A stretch of 64,000 nt of DNA from Methanomassiliicoccaceae archaeon (GTDB lineage Archaea > Thermoplasmatota > Thermoplasmata > Methanomassiliicoccales > Methanomassiliicoccaceae). The DNA is taken from NCBI GenBank assembly GCA_963728405.1, contig CAVSJV010000017.1, positions 64,001 through 128,000 on the forward strand, in the 5' to 3' direction. Both the position numbers and the translations under genes were made by a program. This document shows, piece after piece, positions 50,689 to 62,945 of the stretch (positions are counted from its first letter, which is position 1; each line of letters opens with the position of its first letter). Below the pieces are notes generated by a model. The model was not told the DNA's origin. It saw nothing but the letters and a program-made list of their open reading frames with translations, and made no database searches.

Positions 50689-52099
50689 TTAGGTCCTGAA
50701 CGCCGAACGGAACCCCCTGATCATGTCCTTGGCCGACTCCAGCAGGGGATGCCTGACCACCACGGGGGTGCTCATGGCCTCCAGCCTCTCGATGCGGAAG
50801 TACAGAGGGGGGTGGGTGTCCCAACGCAGCCAGCTGGATAGCTTGGACGCTTTCTCCACCTCCAGCCTCTGGGCCCCGATCTTGCGGAGCGATTCGGCCA
50901 GCACCTTAGGTTTTCCGATGATCATGACCGATAGGAGGTCGGCGCGGGCCTCGAAGAACTTGGCGACGAAAAAGATCGCGAACATGACGATGATAAGATA
51001 CAGGATCGGTGAGAACAGGAAAAGAGGGAAGAGCACAGTAACGCGAAGCAGGAACTCCCCGGACACAATGCCGAATAGGAAGAGGGGGTCCCGGCCCTTC
51101 AGATGGCCCAGCTCATGGCCGATCACGCTGACCAGTTCTTCCTCGTCCAGCGCGGTCAATATGCCCCCGGTGAGCAGGAGCACCCCCCGCCGGAAGCTCA
51201 CCCCGCTGGCCGCGGCATTAGGGGCCAGGCTGTTAGATATGATGATCTTGGGCAGGGGTGCATGGAACGGTTCGGCCGCCTTCTTGACCAGATCGAACAC
51301 GTTGATCTCCTTGACCTTGATATTCTCCTCTGAACAGAAGATGCCGAAGCTCAGGAGCGCCTCTCCGATGACCGGACAGCTAGGTTCCCTCCCCTGGGCG
51401 AAGGCCGATCTCGAAGACCGCCTGTTTCAACAGGGCCAGGTCGACCTTCTTCGCCTTGATGTCGTCCACCACGTTCCGGTCCACTTTGATTGTCAACAGG
51501 TAGACCTGGGGGCTGGCCGAGGTGATGGTCCATTTGCCCAGAGCCCCGAACAGTACGTCAGCGAAGATGATGAGCATCAGCTGCACCAGGAGGATGAACA
51601 GGACCGCGATGAGGCCTATGAGGATGAACAGGATGATGTTGAAGGCGAACAGCAGGATGTTCAACAGGAGGAGCGAACGGGAGAACAGCCGGCCGAACGA
51701 ACGCCTCATGACCGACGGCATCTCCTCCGGGACGATCCGCTCACCTTTGACCCATATCAGAGTGATGCTCGCTTTCTCAAGGTCCTTCTCGATGCTTCGG
51801 ACCACCGCCAGAAGGTCATCGTACAGCCACCGCACTGCCCCCTCCGGAACGCCCTCGGGACGCTCGGTCCGGACCTGGAGCCCCTGTTCGGCCCATACTT
51901 CCACCTCTAGCCGCCACCCGTCTGGGGGGCCTATAAATGTGAAAGCGACCGCGGCCTTACCCCCTACGACCCCCCGCCGGATGTTCTGGAACCTCTCGGG
52001 ATGCAGAAGTAGATGATACTTGCGGACCTGCTCGAGCAGTTCGTTCAGCTGCTCGGGCCGCAGTGCCGATTCTACGGAGAAGGAGGAGTTCTCGTTCAT
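50689..52099 (-). CDS. M48/HtpX-like Zn metalloprotease (frameshifted ~51380)
   Basis: PNAAA, GHELGH, EARAD, THPP...RI. Confidence 0.85.
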
Positions 52100-52234
52100 C
52101 ACCCTAATAGCACATCAAAGCCTAGAAAGCCGTAACGGTCCTGACCGGGCCGCCTCGGACCGATTTTCGCCCATCGATAGCTCACAAGGAATGTATGAAC
52201 GGTCCAATCAGAGAAAAAGAAAGGGGCTTTGGGC

Positions 52235-52505
52235 TCAGGTCGTGAGCATGTCCTTCAGGTCCCGGTCCACATCCCCGATAGCCTTCCACCCGAACTTGTC
52301 CTGGATCAGCTTCCAGTTGTTGGGCGTGATGAACGCCGAGTGGGTGGGCCGACCCGCACGTTCCTGATCCCGAGAGCAAGGAGAGCGAGGACGATGGCCC
52401 CCGCCTCCTGCTCGAACCAGGAGAGCACGACGCGCGGTGGGAGGCTCGTTCACATCGATCTCAAAGGCCTTGGCCAGCAACCTGAAGGTCTCTTGCGCCA
52501 TCTCA
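52235..52505 (-). pseudogene. hcp: Hydroxylamine reductase (Hcp/prismane) C-terminal remnant
   Basis: [11 protein letters not shown]..., VLSWFEQ in an adjacent frame, AFITPN...KF....IGDVDRDLKDML. Confidence 0.7.
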
Positions 52506-52519
52506 ACCGTCCTGGGCGA

Positions 52520-52760
52520 TCATCTCGTTCGAGACCTCTTCTTCCGCCCAGGGGCCCGTCCGTGGATGGTGATGGGGTGGCCTCGAGATATGGTATCGAT
52601 AGTGTGGTGGTGAAGCCCATCAGGACCTTATACTTCTACAGGAGCTGTATGCGACGGTGCACCGCTTGCATCGACATCTCCAGATGGTGGCCAGCTCCAG
52701 GTGGGTCGCCCGAGGACCATGTACCAGCAACTGGGCCAGGTGGAGGTCCTGCTCATCCAT
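52520..52760 (-). pseudogene. AsnC/Lrp-type HTH regulator N-terminal remnant
   Basis: MDEQDLHLAQLL...RATHLELA / HLEMSMQAVHRRIQLL*KYKVLMGFT. Confidence 0.55.
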
Positions 52761-52819
52761 GGTCACCCCCATCTTCCTTGACGAATTAGATTGCTCCCCT
52801 ACGGACATCCGTCCGGGAA

Positions 52820-53488
52820 TCATCGTCCCCGGCGCCCCGACGAGAAGGTGAAGGTGCCTCCACAATCTCCGTTCCTCGCCACGAAACCATCCTCCTGACG
52901 AGAGAAGTGGATACCTTCCAGATATTCGATCCATCCGGCCTCCTCATACCTTACGCCCAGCAGCTCTTCCCTGAGGAGCACGATCTCCCAATCATGGGAT
53001 ACGTGGATGTCCAACCGATCCGCTTCAGTCATTTCGAGCATCCGCTGCAGGATGGGGGCCAGAACCATGTCCGCGGCCTCCGGTGTAGGTTTGATCCATT
53101 CTGCTTCGAACTGTCCGATGAACCAGGAGCGCATGAAACCATAGCCCTGGCGCTCCGCCTCCTTCAGCACCCGGTTGTCCTTGAAGTAGGGCGCGCAAAG
53201 GTCCCAGGTCTCCATGGTCCCCCCGACCGTTCCGCCCCGACCAGAGAAACCCTGGGCAATGGCCTCGGCGGTCTCCCGGCAACGGACCGCCGGGCTGTGG
53301 AACAGGCGGATCTGTTCGAATCCTTCGATGGCCCTTCCCATTTCGAACGCGTCCCGTTTTCCTTTTTCCGTTAGTCCGATCCCCAGGCTCTCGCTGATGC
53401 TGGGCACTTGGAACCTTTCGGCATGACGCACGATGAGCGCTTGAGAGCCTTTTCCCATGCGGAGCTTTGAGATGTCGATCATTACCAT
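52820..53488 (-). CDS. Histidine phosphatase (phosphoglycerate mutase-like)
   Basis: VRHAER, LTEKG, SPAVRCRETA, VSHD. Confidence 0.88.
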   Translation of the reverse strand: MVMIDISKLRMGKGSQALIVRHAERFQVPSISESLGIGLTEKGKRDAFEMGRAIEGFEQIRLFHSPAVRCRETAEAIAQGFSGRGGTVGGTMETWDLCAPYFKDNRVLKEAERQGYGFMRSWFIGQFEAEWIKPTPEAADMVLAPILQRMLEMTEADRLDIHVSHDWEIVLLREELLGVRYEEAGWIEYLEGIHFSRQEDGFVARNGDCGGTFTFSSGRRGR

Positions 53489-53836
53489 ACTTCATGCCCC
53501 CTGATAAACCCCAGAACGCCCCTCGCAGGACGTTCCCGACCTTTAGGCTTTGCTCGAACGACGATCGGCCCTGGCCATACGAATCACCTCCGTCCGAGAG
53601 GGTCGGGAATGAAAAGTGCAGATCTGTGAGCATGTTCAGGATGGGGGCCCTCACACTAAGTAGCGCAGGAAAGATGGCGCTGATCGAACTGGATGATACC
53701 CCCTGACTGGTTCCACGAGCATAGCGAATAATTGTGCCTGGTGCAGCGTTTTTATAGCCTTCAGTACATCTATGCCCATCGAAGGCTGCGCCATCACGAT
53801 CGTTCGCGCACCTTGATCAAGGATTGTGAGCAGGTG

Positions 53837-54589
53837 TTGAAGAGGATCGGTTGGTTCACGACGGCGAGGGGGCCAGGCTCGTATAATCTGTTTTCCACCA
53901 TGATGGACAGATTGCATAAGGGCGAGATCGACGCCCAACTGTCGTTCGTTTTCATCAACCGTGACGTCAAAGGTAACGAATATCGTAAGAAGATCATCAA
54001 GATGGCCGAGGATGACGGGATCCCGGTCATCTTGTTCCCTTCGGATACCTTCATGCCAGAGCTTAAGGAGAAGAGCATGGTCGAATGGAGGGACGCCTAT
54101 GGGAGAGGAGTTCGAGAGCGGATCTCGAAATACCCTATGGACCTGGGTGTTCTCGCCGGCTATATGCTCATCATCGATCCACAAACCTGCCGAGAGCACG
54201 ACCTGATAAACCTACACCCGGCCTTGCCGGAGACGTATAAGGGAACGTGGGAGGAGGTCGTCGGTAAGGTCGTGGAGAATAACGATAGAGCCTACGGCGC
54301 TACGGTCCATGTGTGCAGCCCAGAGCTGGACCGGGGGGCGATCATCGCCTTCGATTCGTTCGAGGTCGACCCTCTGAGACCACAGTTTCCGACCAAAGAG
54401 GAACTGGTCAAAGGTATAAGGGGCGAGGAGGTCAGGAGGGAAGCGCCCCTTCTGATGGAGACGATCAGGATGATCGTGGACGGGGAGGTCACCTTGAAGG
54501 CCGGCCAGGTCTTCGACCGGCAAGGTCGCCGATTGAGGGACTATCCCAACCTGGCCGAAAGGGTCACCACAGTGCTGAACGGGAAATGA
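53837..54589 (+). CDS. Formyltransferase (PurN-like)
   Basis: LAGYMLI, INLHPALP, GATVH...ELDRG. Confidence 0.8.
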   Translation: MKRIGWFTTARGPGSYNLFSTMMDRLHKGEIDAQLSFVFINRDVKGNEYRKKIIKMAEDDGIPVILFPSDTFMPELKEKSMVEWRDAYGRGVRERISKYPMDLGVLAGYMLIIDPQTCREHDLINLHPALPETYKGTWEEVVGKVVENNDRAYGATVHVCSPELDRGAIIAFDSFEVDPLRPQFPTKEELVKGIRGEEVRREAPLLMETIRMIVDGEVTLKAGQVFDRQGRRLRDYPNLAERVTTVLNGK

Positions 54590-54741
54590 CGATGGTGCCG
54601 CCCTATCAAGAGAATCGGGGCACCACGCAGAAAAAGCACTTGTATTTCGCATCCTTCGTTGCTGAGAATTTCGTTCTAGGTCCTATAGCACTTTATATAC
54701 ATCATCTCCGTTTCATGCCGTTTATTCTAAGGTGACCTGGC

Positions 54742-56458
<1,717 letters not shown>

Positions 56459-56715
56459 GGTCGACCAGGGTCACCCATTTTAGAACCACGGAACTGTAGT
56501 TCATCGCATGGTTGAAGCGCTGTCGATCCCTAAGGGCCACTCAGCCTTGGCAGTCATCACCTTCAGAAAGGCATCGCCCCCGATCCTTCCCTCATCACCC
56601 CCTAGGGGACGAGGGGCTCGACCAAATCGCCGGATACGACGCCGCTAGAAGTCTATCGAGAATCTATATTTACCATAAGGAGGCAGTATCTGCCAAGTTA
56701 GAGAGGGCATGCGAC

Positions 56716-57180
56716 ATGAAAGTGCTCGTGATTTATGATACGGTCTCACCGGCAAAGGTGACCGGAAAGGTCGCCGAAACGGTCGTGGCAGCGATGAGGG
56801 AGAAAGGGGCATCGGTGGACTCTTATTTCGTTGAGGACGCCGGTAAGGCGGACATCAAGGACTATGACTGCCTCGTTGTAGGCGCACCGACCATGGCCTG
56901 GAGGCCATCAACGAGGATGAAGGCTTTCCTGGCCACCCTGAAGGGAACAGACTATTCTGGTAAGCTGGCGGCATCCTTCGATACCCAGACAAAAACTGCC
57001 ATCAGCGGAAACGCCACCAAGCACATGGACAAGGGGCTGACCGAGCTTGGGTTCAAGATCGCCTCGCCCGCACTGACATCTTACGTGGAGAGCGAGAACA
57101 AGGCGTACAGGCTGAAGGAAGGGGAGCTGGAGAAGGCCAAGGCATGGGGTCAGGAGCTCGTCAAGAAGTCATCGAAGTGA
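56716..57180 (+). CDS. Flavodoxin-like protein
   Basis: VIYDT...T.KVAE, VGAPT, ASFDT. Confidence 0.85.
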   Translation: MKVLVIYDTVSPAKVTGKVAETVVAAMREKGASVDSYFVEDAGKADIKDYDCLVVGAPTMAWRPSTRMKAFLATLKGTDYSGKLAASFDTQTKTAISGNATKHMDKGLTELGFKIASPALTSYVESENKAYRLKEGELEKAKAWGQELVKKSSK

Positions 57181-57281
57181 GATGGGCGGCTCGCCAAGAA
57201 AAAAATACTATCTGGATTCAGCCAGAAGAGCGGAGGTCGTTCATGGATGCAAACAATCTCCTTGACCTGAACATTATCCGG

Positions 57282-57608
57282 TCAACCCAGGATGAAGCCA
57301 ACGATCGCCCCGATGATGAAACCGACGCTCAACGGCAATACGCCGACCACCAAGGCGCCGTACGACAAGGCTACCGGGCCGTAATGCTGCACCAACTGCT
57401 GTAACTTAGGAATGTCCAAGGCGTACAGGCCGAAGTACGCCGCGACCGCAAGTACGATGACGGCGATCACCATGACCTTAAGGAGCCTGTGGGCAAGGAA
57501 GCCTACAAGAAGTCCGAGAATAAGGGGGATGACCATCACCGCCAGGGGAGGCAGCCCGACTATGCTCCCGTTGCTGATGAAATTTACTAGCTCGTCGATC
57601 AATCCCAT
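57282..57608 (-). CDS. Small membrane protein (FUN14-like)
   Basis: LILGLLVGFL..KV, C-terminal GFIIGAIVGF. Confidence 0.6.
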   Translation of the reverse strand: MGLIDELVNFISNGSIVGLPPLAVMVIPLILGLLVGFLAHRLLKVMVIAVIVLAVAAYFGLYALDIPKLQQLVQHYGPVALSYGALVVGVLPLSVGFIIGAIVGFILG

Positions 57609-57929
57609 GCTAACGCTCCTTGATCAATCACTCACCGAGTGGAGCCTGACGCATCCTGACGAGGTGCACTGATGATGCGCTCATACCTCAATCATAATAT
57701 TGCACCCAAACCTGCTTTATAACTATCCTGACTGCCCCAACTTGTTGGCCACACTTACAAATGGACGACGGAGGGGTGCAACACCAGGATATCTTCCGGC
57801 GGCGCTGGACTAAAAATGGGAAGGGTGAGATAGGAAGTTAGCTCAAGCTATTATGAAGAACCCTCAACAACGATTGAATCCTAGAAATGTTGACGAGAAT
57901 GGATAGAAGTGCTCCCGCCGGGGAGTGCC

Positions 57930-58280
57930 TCAATAATAGCCAGGCAGCCGTTCTTTAGAATCAATTACTGTCTTTTCGATGTAAATTGAACCTTGGGCGA
58001 GGCGGGCCTTGAGGTCCTCGATCGCGTCGATCTTGATTTCCTTCCAACCATCAAGTCCGGCTCGGAGCTGGGTCTTCCCGCCCTTGCGCAGGGCATCCTT
58101 GCGCCGCTGCACGATCTCCGGCCGGGGGTCGTGGGCGCTGCAGAGCTCGCTGTCCCTGAGCGGATAGGCCCCGCAGCCGCGGCCGTCCTGGTGCACATGT
58201 TGGCACCGCCGGCGCTCCGGTCCCGAGACTGGCAGGGGGGAGGGGTCCACGAGATCCGGGGCCTTCTCAGGTTCGTTCAT
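57930..58280 (-). CDS. Island protein with a C-C-C-H Zn-finger-like motif
   Basis: RRCQHVHQDGRGCGAYPLRDSELCSAHDP followed by a basic segment and KGG. Confidence 0.6.
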   Translation of the reverse strand: MNEPEKAPDLVDPSPLPVSGPERRRCQHVHQDGRGCGAYPLRDSELCSAHDPRPEIVQRRKDALRKGGKTQLRAGLDGWKEIKIDAIEDLKARLAQGSIYIEKTVIDSKERLPGYY

Positions 58281-58654
58281 GGGTCCACCTTGAATTGCTT
58301 GGCTGCCTCTTCCATCAGCGTGGCCGCTTGGGCTTTGATGTCCTTGTCGTTGTCGATGAGCACGGCCAGCGGGTTCCTGTGCCCGGCCCCGATGCCCTGG
58401 ATCTCTTTGTTCAACAAGGCCCATCTCGGATCATCGTTCGGGAGGAGCCCCCGGCGCAGGTCGCTGAGCGCTATGCTCAAGAGCTTGGACGCCACGACCT
58501 TGGAACGGGGATTCTCCAGGATGGCGTACACCTGCTGCTGCTCGAGGACGGGATCCCCGGCCACGGTGCGGCCCTCGTCCAGCTGCTTCCTCATGTTCGC
58601 CTGCGCGGCCTCAAAACGTTTGATGCAGGCCGGTGGCCGATCGTTCCTGCTCAT
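58277..58654 (-). CDS. Island hypothetical protein
   Basis: ATGA-coupled to the next ORF. Confidence 0.6.
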   Translation of the reverse strand: MSRNDRPPACIKRFEAAQANMRKQLDEGRTVAGDPVLEQQQVYAILENPRSKVVASKLLSIALSDLRRGLLPNDDPRWALLNKEIQGIGAGHRNPLAVLIDNDKDIKAQAATLMEEAAKQFKVDP

Positions 58655-59162
58655 GGGTGACCATACCTCCCTTGCTGCGATACTTTGAGCGATAGCTTAT
58701 GCTGGGCTGCTCGCCGGCCACGATGTGCGGCTCGAAGCCCTCGACGATGATGTGGATCGATTCGTTATAGGGATCATTCAGTTCGCCATCCTCGGGGGCG
58801 CTTCGCAGCATCCACAGATGACGCCCGGCCTTGTAGAAGTTCGGGAAGTAGATGGCCAGATACCGAGATTCGCTGTCGTCGTACTGGTGGCCATCTATGA
58901 GCGTATAGATGCTCTTCATCCAATGCATCCCGTCCGCCCACGTCTCCCCCAGCCTGCCGTTCCAGGAACCGGTGATGGTGACGCTGAGGGTCGCCCCGTT
59001 GTCGTCGATGATCTCCTGTTTCCGAGGCCCATAGCCGGGGTTCTCCATGGCCGATAGGAGGCCGTTGAAGCTCGGCATCACCTCGTCGATCTGCCCCAGA
59101 TCGATTCCGGTGGCCAGCCCCGCTCCGTCCACCAGGATCTTACCCGAGAACGGAGAGCTCAT
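58611..59162 (-). CDS. Island hypothetical protein
   Basis: GGTGA Shine-Dalgarno; overlaps the next ORF. Confidence 0.55.
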   Translation of the reverse strand: MSSPFSGKILVDGAGLATGIDLGQIDEVMPSFNGLLSAMENPGYGPRKQEIIDDNGATLSVTITGSWNGRLGETWADGMHWMKSIYTLIDGHQYDDSESRYLAIYFPNFYKAGRHLWMLRSAPEDGELNDPYNESIHIIVEGFEPHIVAGEQPSISYRSKYRSKGGMVTHEQERSATGLHQTF

Positions 59163-59250
59163 CTGCTCACCGTCCCCAGGGAGCATTCCTTGGCCATTTC
59201 ATATCCATTCCTGTTCTCGATAAATTGCATCAATCTCACTCCTTCCCATC

Positions 59251-59439
59251 TCATCTGTAGGCGGGGTCGTCCGGCTTGACCAGTGGGGTCAGACCGAGCG
59301 AGCGTCTAGCATCCTCCAGCTGGCGGATCAGGTCCCGGGCGGCCGCCACGTTCGCGTTGTACTGAGCGTACTCCTTGAACAGCACCGCGTACCGCTCATC
59401 GATCGCCGTGAGCAGCCCTTCCTTGAACTGTTCCATCAT
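59251..59439 (-). CDS. Island small coiled-coil protein
   Basis: 62-aa ORF with host-like codons; start uncertain. Confidence 0.4.
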   Translation of the reverse strand: MMEQFKEGLLTAIDERYAVLFKEYAQYNANVAAARDLIRQLEDARRSLGLTPLVKPDDPAYR

Positions 59440-59842
59440 GGCCGCCGCCTCCCGGTCGGTGAGCTCGTGACCTCACCGTCCGAGGAGCGAGCGCGGCCAG
59501 CCACGTCCCATGATCTCAGCCCGCCATTCTGTCGTTCTCGGTCATTGCCCCAGCCGGCCCACGTTCATGATAAGGACCCCGGACCGTGGCCCTCGACCCG
59601 ATGAAGGGACTGCTGCTGTCGGTGCTCTTGGAGCAGGAAAGAGATCCGTCAGTTAGAAAATGAGGCGCTGGGGCTGCTCGTCGACAGTGTTATAATGCAA
59701 GAGTTCTTAACAATTCGATAGGTAGGCGCGTTGTTCTATTATTTAATGAGCGTGTAAGAGATTTCATATATTCGATATAGCTGTTTATCCACAGATATAA
59801 TCGAAAGTGAGTGAGAGCTCGCTACGAAAGGGAGGTGGACAT

Positions 59843-60004
59843 ATGGCTAAGAAAATTGAACTCGGGCTGGAGCTATCCGGGAAGGATGCTAAGGAATTTC
59901 AAGATTATATGAAAAATCCGTCGTATCCACCTCGCGGTGAGCAAATGTTAAAGCGGGCTTACGAGTTATCGAAGGCTCGTGGCCGAACCGATCAGAATAA
60001 GTGA
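59843..60004 (+). CDS. Putative short antitoxin
   Basis: GGAGGTG Shine-Dalgarno; LELSGKDAKEFQDYMKNP..P resembles the toxin-binding segment of DUF1778/TacA antitoxins; overlaps the GNAT gene. Confidence 0.6.
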   Translation: MAKKIELGLELSGKDAKEFQDYMKNPSYPPRGEQMLKRAYELSKARGRTDQNK

Positions 60005-60596
60005 TGATACATCTGTCGATGTGTTGACAGAGTTTCACACGATCTCTGATTTTATATCCTCAGATGATGATTTGACAGGTTACCTTTTAGAGGATGCATT
60101 ATCCGAGCAAAAAACAAAAACGTCAACAACACACATATTGATCCAAAATTCTGGTAAAGTTGTTGGTTATTTTACTCTGCTCAATGATTCAATCAAACTA
60201 AAGGATCTAGAAATGGGAGACCACTTGGACGGAGTTGAATACTCCTCAGTACCGGCTTTAAAAATTGGAAGGCTGTCTACCCATAGGGATTTTGAGGGAA
60301 AAGGCTACGGCTCGAGCATGATCGAAATGGCATTCAGCTATCTTTTCAGAATTCACGATTACTCAGGATGTAGAGTAATGACGGTCGATTCAAAGAAAGG
60401 ATGTGAAGGATTCTACGAGCACTTTGGATTTAAAAGAGCATCAAAAAAGCGGGACGATTCGACTCCAATGTACATGGACGTCTCGAACATTCTTGCAATC
60501 TACTGTCGAATAAAGCATGTAGAGGGCCGGGCTACGTTTCCGTCCCAACGCCATCCCAACCACACATTGGGACGGTCCTTTCGTGATAGCCAGTAG
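59979..60596 (+). CDS. GNAT acetyltransferase, AtaT/TacT toxin-like
   Basis: F.S.DDDL..YL..DAL, VVGYFTL, VPALKIGRL, GKGYG, TVDSK, FYEHFGF. Confidence 0.82.
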   Translation: MAEPIRISDDTSVDVLTEFHTISDFISSDDDLTGYLLEDALSEQKTKTSTTHILIQNSGKVVGYFTLLNDSIKLKDLEMGDHLDGVEYSSVPALKIGRLSTHRDFEGKGYGSSMIEMAFSYLFRIHDYSGCRVMTVDSKKGCEGFYEHFGFKRASKKRDDSTPMYMDVSNILAIYCRIKHVEGRATFPSQRHPNHTLGRSFRDSQ

Positions 60597-60804
60597 TCTA
60601 GTCTATCATCATCCCGACATCCCAACGAAATAGAGGGGGGATAGGTTTTGATAATCCTTTGCTCGGCGGTTCCTCTATGTTATGAGCGGTCCGATCGTAA
60701 AAGAGCCCTGGAAAGAAAGGAGAAAGGGTTTCACAGGTCAGATCCAATTTTGCCGAAAATCGACGAATTGACCTTAGAAACAAGATGACTGGATGAAAGT
60801 GAAG

Positions 60805-60879
60805 TGCTCCCGCCGGGATTTGAACCCGGGTCACGGACTCGAAAGGCCCGAATGATTGGCCGGACTACACTACGGGAGC
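60805..60879 (-). tRNA. tRNA-Glu (TTC)
   Basis: GCTCCCG/CGGGAGC acceptor stem, anticodon loop CTTTCGA, T-loop GGTTCAAATCC; CCA not encoded. Confidence 0.97.
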
Positions 60880-61092
60880 TTGTGGCAGTTCGATAAGAGA
60901 AGATATACTTAATCCTTGCCAAGGACACAGTGCGAGCGCACCCTGGTGCTAGAGACTAGTTGGTTTTTTCGCTTTTTACAATGGAGCATAATGGGAGAAT
61001 AAAGACCAAAGGCCACCCTCATCGACAGTTTTCGCTGGATCATCCATGTGGGATATCGATCGGTGACTTTCCACTAGAACGAGGGCCTCAGC

Positions 61093-62841
61093 CTACGCAG
61101 ATGAGCCCTTGCCACTTTCATCGGTCAGGAGAACACTGGTCGCACCGTTAACCGAACGGTTGGCTATTTTGGCCAGGAAACGGTACTTCCCGGCGGGGAC
61201 CCCAATCACGAACCTTACCCCCCTACCCGGTTCTCCATTCTCATAGATGGTCATGCCGCTGTGAGAGAGTATCTCCCGGCATAGGAACAGACCGAGCCCA
61301 TTATTGCGGCCGAACCCCTTGGAGAACATCTGGGGTTTCAATGCCGATGGGATGCCCGCTCCGTCGTCTGAATAGATAATATCGAGACCACCATCCGTTT
61401 CCTGGACCGCTACATGGATCTTTGAAATGATTCCGCCATGGGTCAGGGAATTGTCGAGGAGGTTGTAGAACACCCTCTCCAGCATCGGATCGGCGTATAC
61501 CTCCACTCCGCTGGTCTCCAACGTCAAGCAATCGCCTTTCAGGCCCATGCTCAACGCGAGGTTCTTGAATATCCCATTAATATCATGCCACTGGGGCATC
61601 CGCATCCCCATATCCTGATAGTCCTTGGCGAAGCTCATCTGCTTCTGAATGACCCGGGCGGCGTGCGAGCTGGCGGAGATGTGCTCCCGGACCGCACCGG
61701 GGCCGACCTTCATATCGGCCAGTATGAGGTGCCCTTCGAGTATGGTCAGCTGGTTCATGACATCATGACGAGTGATGCGGTTCATCAGCTCGAGCTTTTC
61801 CCGGGAGAGTCTGGCATCCCGCTCCGCGGCCCACTGGGCCGTAACTTCCCTAAAGGTGATGGTCCTCCCGATCGGGTGATCCCCATGGTCCAAGATAGGA
61901 AAGGTGTGGATATCGAAAAAACGGCAGGGTAGGACCTCATGAATGGCCTCACAGCGAGGGTCCATGTCCTTAGCTAGAAGGTCAATTGGGAACAAAGGAA
62001 GGGCCTCGGTCAGCTTTTTTCCATAATGGGCGTGACCGTTGCCCACGATCTCTTCCGCCGAGGGGTTCAGGAATAGGATGTTGTCCCGGTCGTCGAGGAT
62101 CATTACTGCCCCCTTCATGGTCTGCATTACCCGTTCCAACGCGATGGGGACCATGGAGAACAGCTCGAAGCCGAAGGCCCCGATGAAGAGCAGGACATCG
62201 CTGGTCAGGAAGCCGAAGACCACGAACAGGCTGCCCGGAATGGAGTACACCAGGACGTAGTTCAAGAACACCACTAGCACTCCAAGACCGCAGGCCATGC
62301 AGGTCACACCGGCCGTATAGCGATGGGTCCGTGAGACCTTGGAATAACAATGGACGAGGGCGAACATCCCTCCGAACATCAGGACCATAGCGTAACTGAC
62401 ATAGGCGTAGAAGACCGGCCCATAGATGGCGTAGAACGAACGGTAGATGTCCGGGGTCAGCGAGGTGCTCACATAGAACGCATGATGCTGGTCGTTGGTG
62501 AGCAGGGACAGGTAGAACAGAACGGCGGGCAGGAAGATGAGGGCGGCCAGTCGTCGGGTCAGCTTGACGTCCCATGCGAATTGGATGGCGAAAGTGAAGA
62601 AGAACGGGACCGCCGAGAGATAACCAATGTACTCCATGTTGTTCCAAAACAGCTTGCTTTCGAGGGCCACGGAGGATACGTCCATCAGGTACCCCCACAC
62701 TATGACCACTTCGGCCAGCATAAGCAGGGCGAACGGTTTCCTGAAATCGCGCCGGCTCCTCTTCCAGGCGATGATGGCGAGACCGCTGGAGGTGATGGTG
62801 AGGATGATGGCCATGATGGTCAGGAAGGTCTGCTCCGGCAT
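61093..62841 (-). CDS. 7TM (HisKA_7TM) PAS sensor histidine kinase
   Basis: N-terminal TM domain, NPSAE PAS, RHDVMNQL H-box, NLLDNS, DDGAG, GLGL. Confidence 0.92.
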   Translation of the reverse strand: MPEQTFLTIMAIILTITSSGLAIIAWKRSRRDFRKPFALLMLAEVVIVWGYLMDVSSVALESKLFWNNMEYIGYLSAVPFFFTFAIQFAWDVKLTRRLAALIFLPAVLFYLSLLTNDQHHAFYVSTSLTPDIYRSFYAIYGPVFYAYVSYAMVLMFGGMFALVHCYSKVSRTHRYTAGVTCMACGLGVLVVFLNYVLVYSIPGSLFVVFGFLTSDVLLFIGAFGFELFSMVPIALERVMQTMKGAVMILDDRDNILFLNPSAEEIVGNGHAHYGKKLTEALPLFPIDLLAKDMDPRCEAIHEVLPCRFFDIHTFPILDHGDHPIGRTITFREVTAQWAAERDARLSREKLELMNRITRHDVMNQLTILEGHLILADMKVGPGAVREHISASSHAARVIQKQMSFAKDYQDMGMRMPQWHDINGIFKNLALSMGLKGDCLTLETSGVEVYADPMLERVFYNLLDNSLTHGGIISKIHVAVQETDGGLDIIYSDDGAGIPSALKPQMFSKGFGRNNGLGLFLCREILSHSGMTIYENGEPGRGVRFVIGVPAGKYRFLAKIANRSVNGATSVLLTDESGKGSSA

Positions 62842-62945
62842 TGTGAGGGAACCTAACGAGTTGGATATTAAAATAACCGCGTCGGTATTGAAAAACGAAG
62901 ATAAGAATGCCCAAGAGCTAATAATCTGCAATATCATGTGTGACC

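Larger units (their letters stand above)
57906..60818. mobile_element. Integrated element remnant at the tRNA-Glu 3' end
   Basis: 18-bp direct repeat GAAGTGCTCCCGCCGGGA at 57906-57923 and 60801-60818; AT-rich cargo at 59690-60790. Confidence 0.82.

Noticed and set aside
54715-54735. Mini-ORF MPFILR upstream of acsA as a leader peptide
   Set aside because: Its ATG is only ~16 nt from the TATA box and so probably upstream of the TSS; no informative codon bias.
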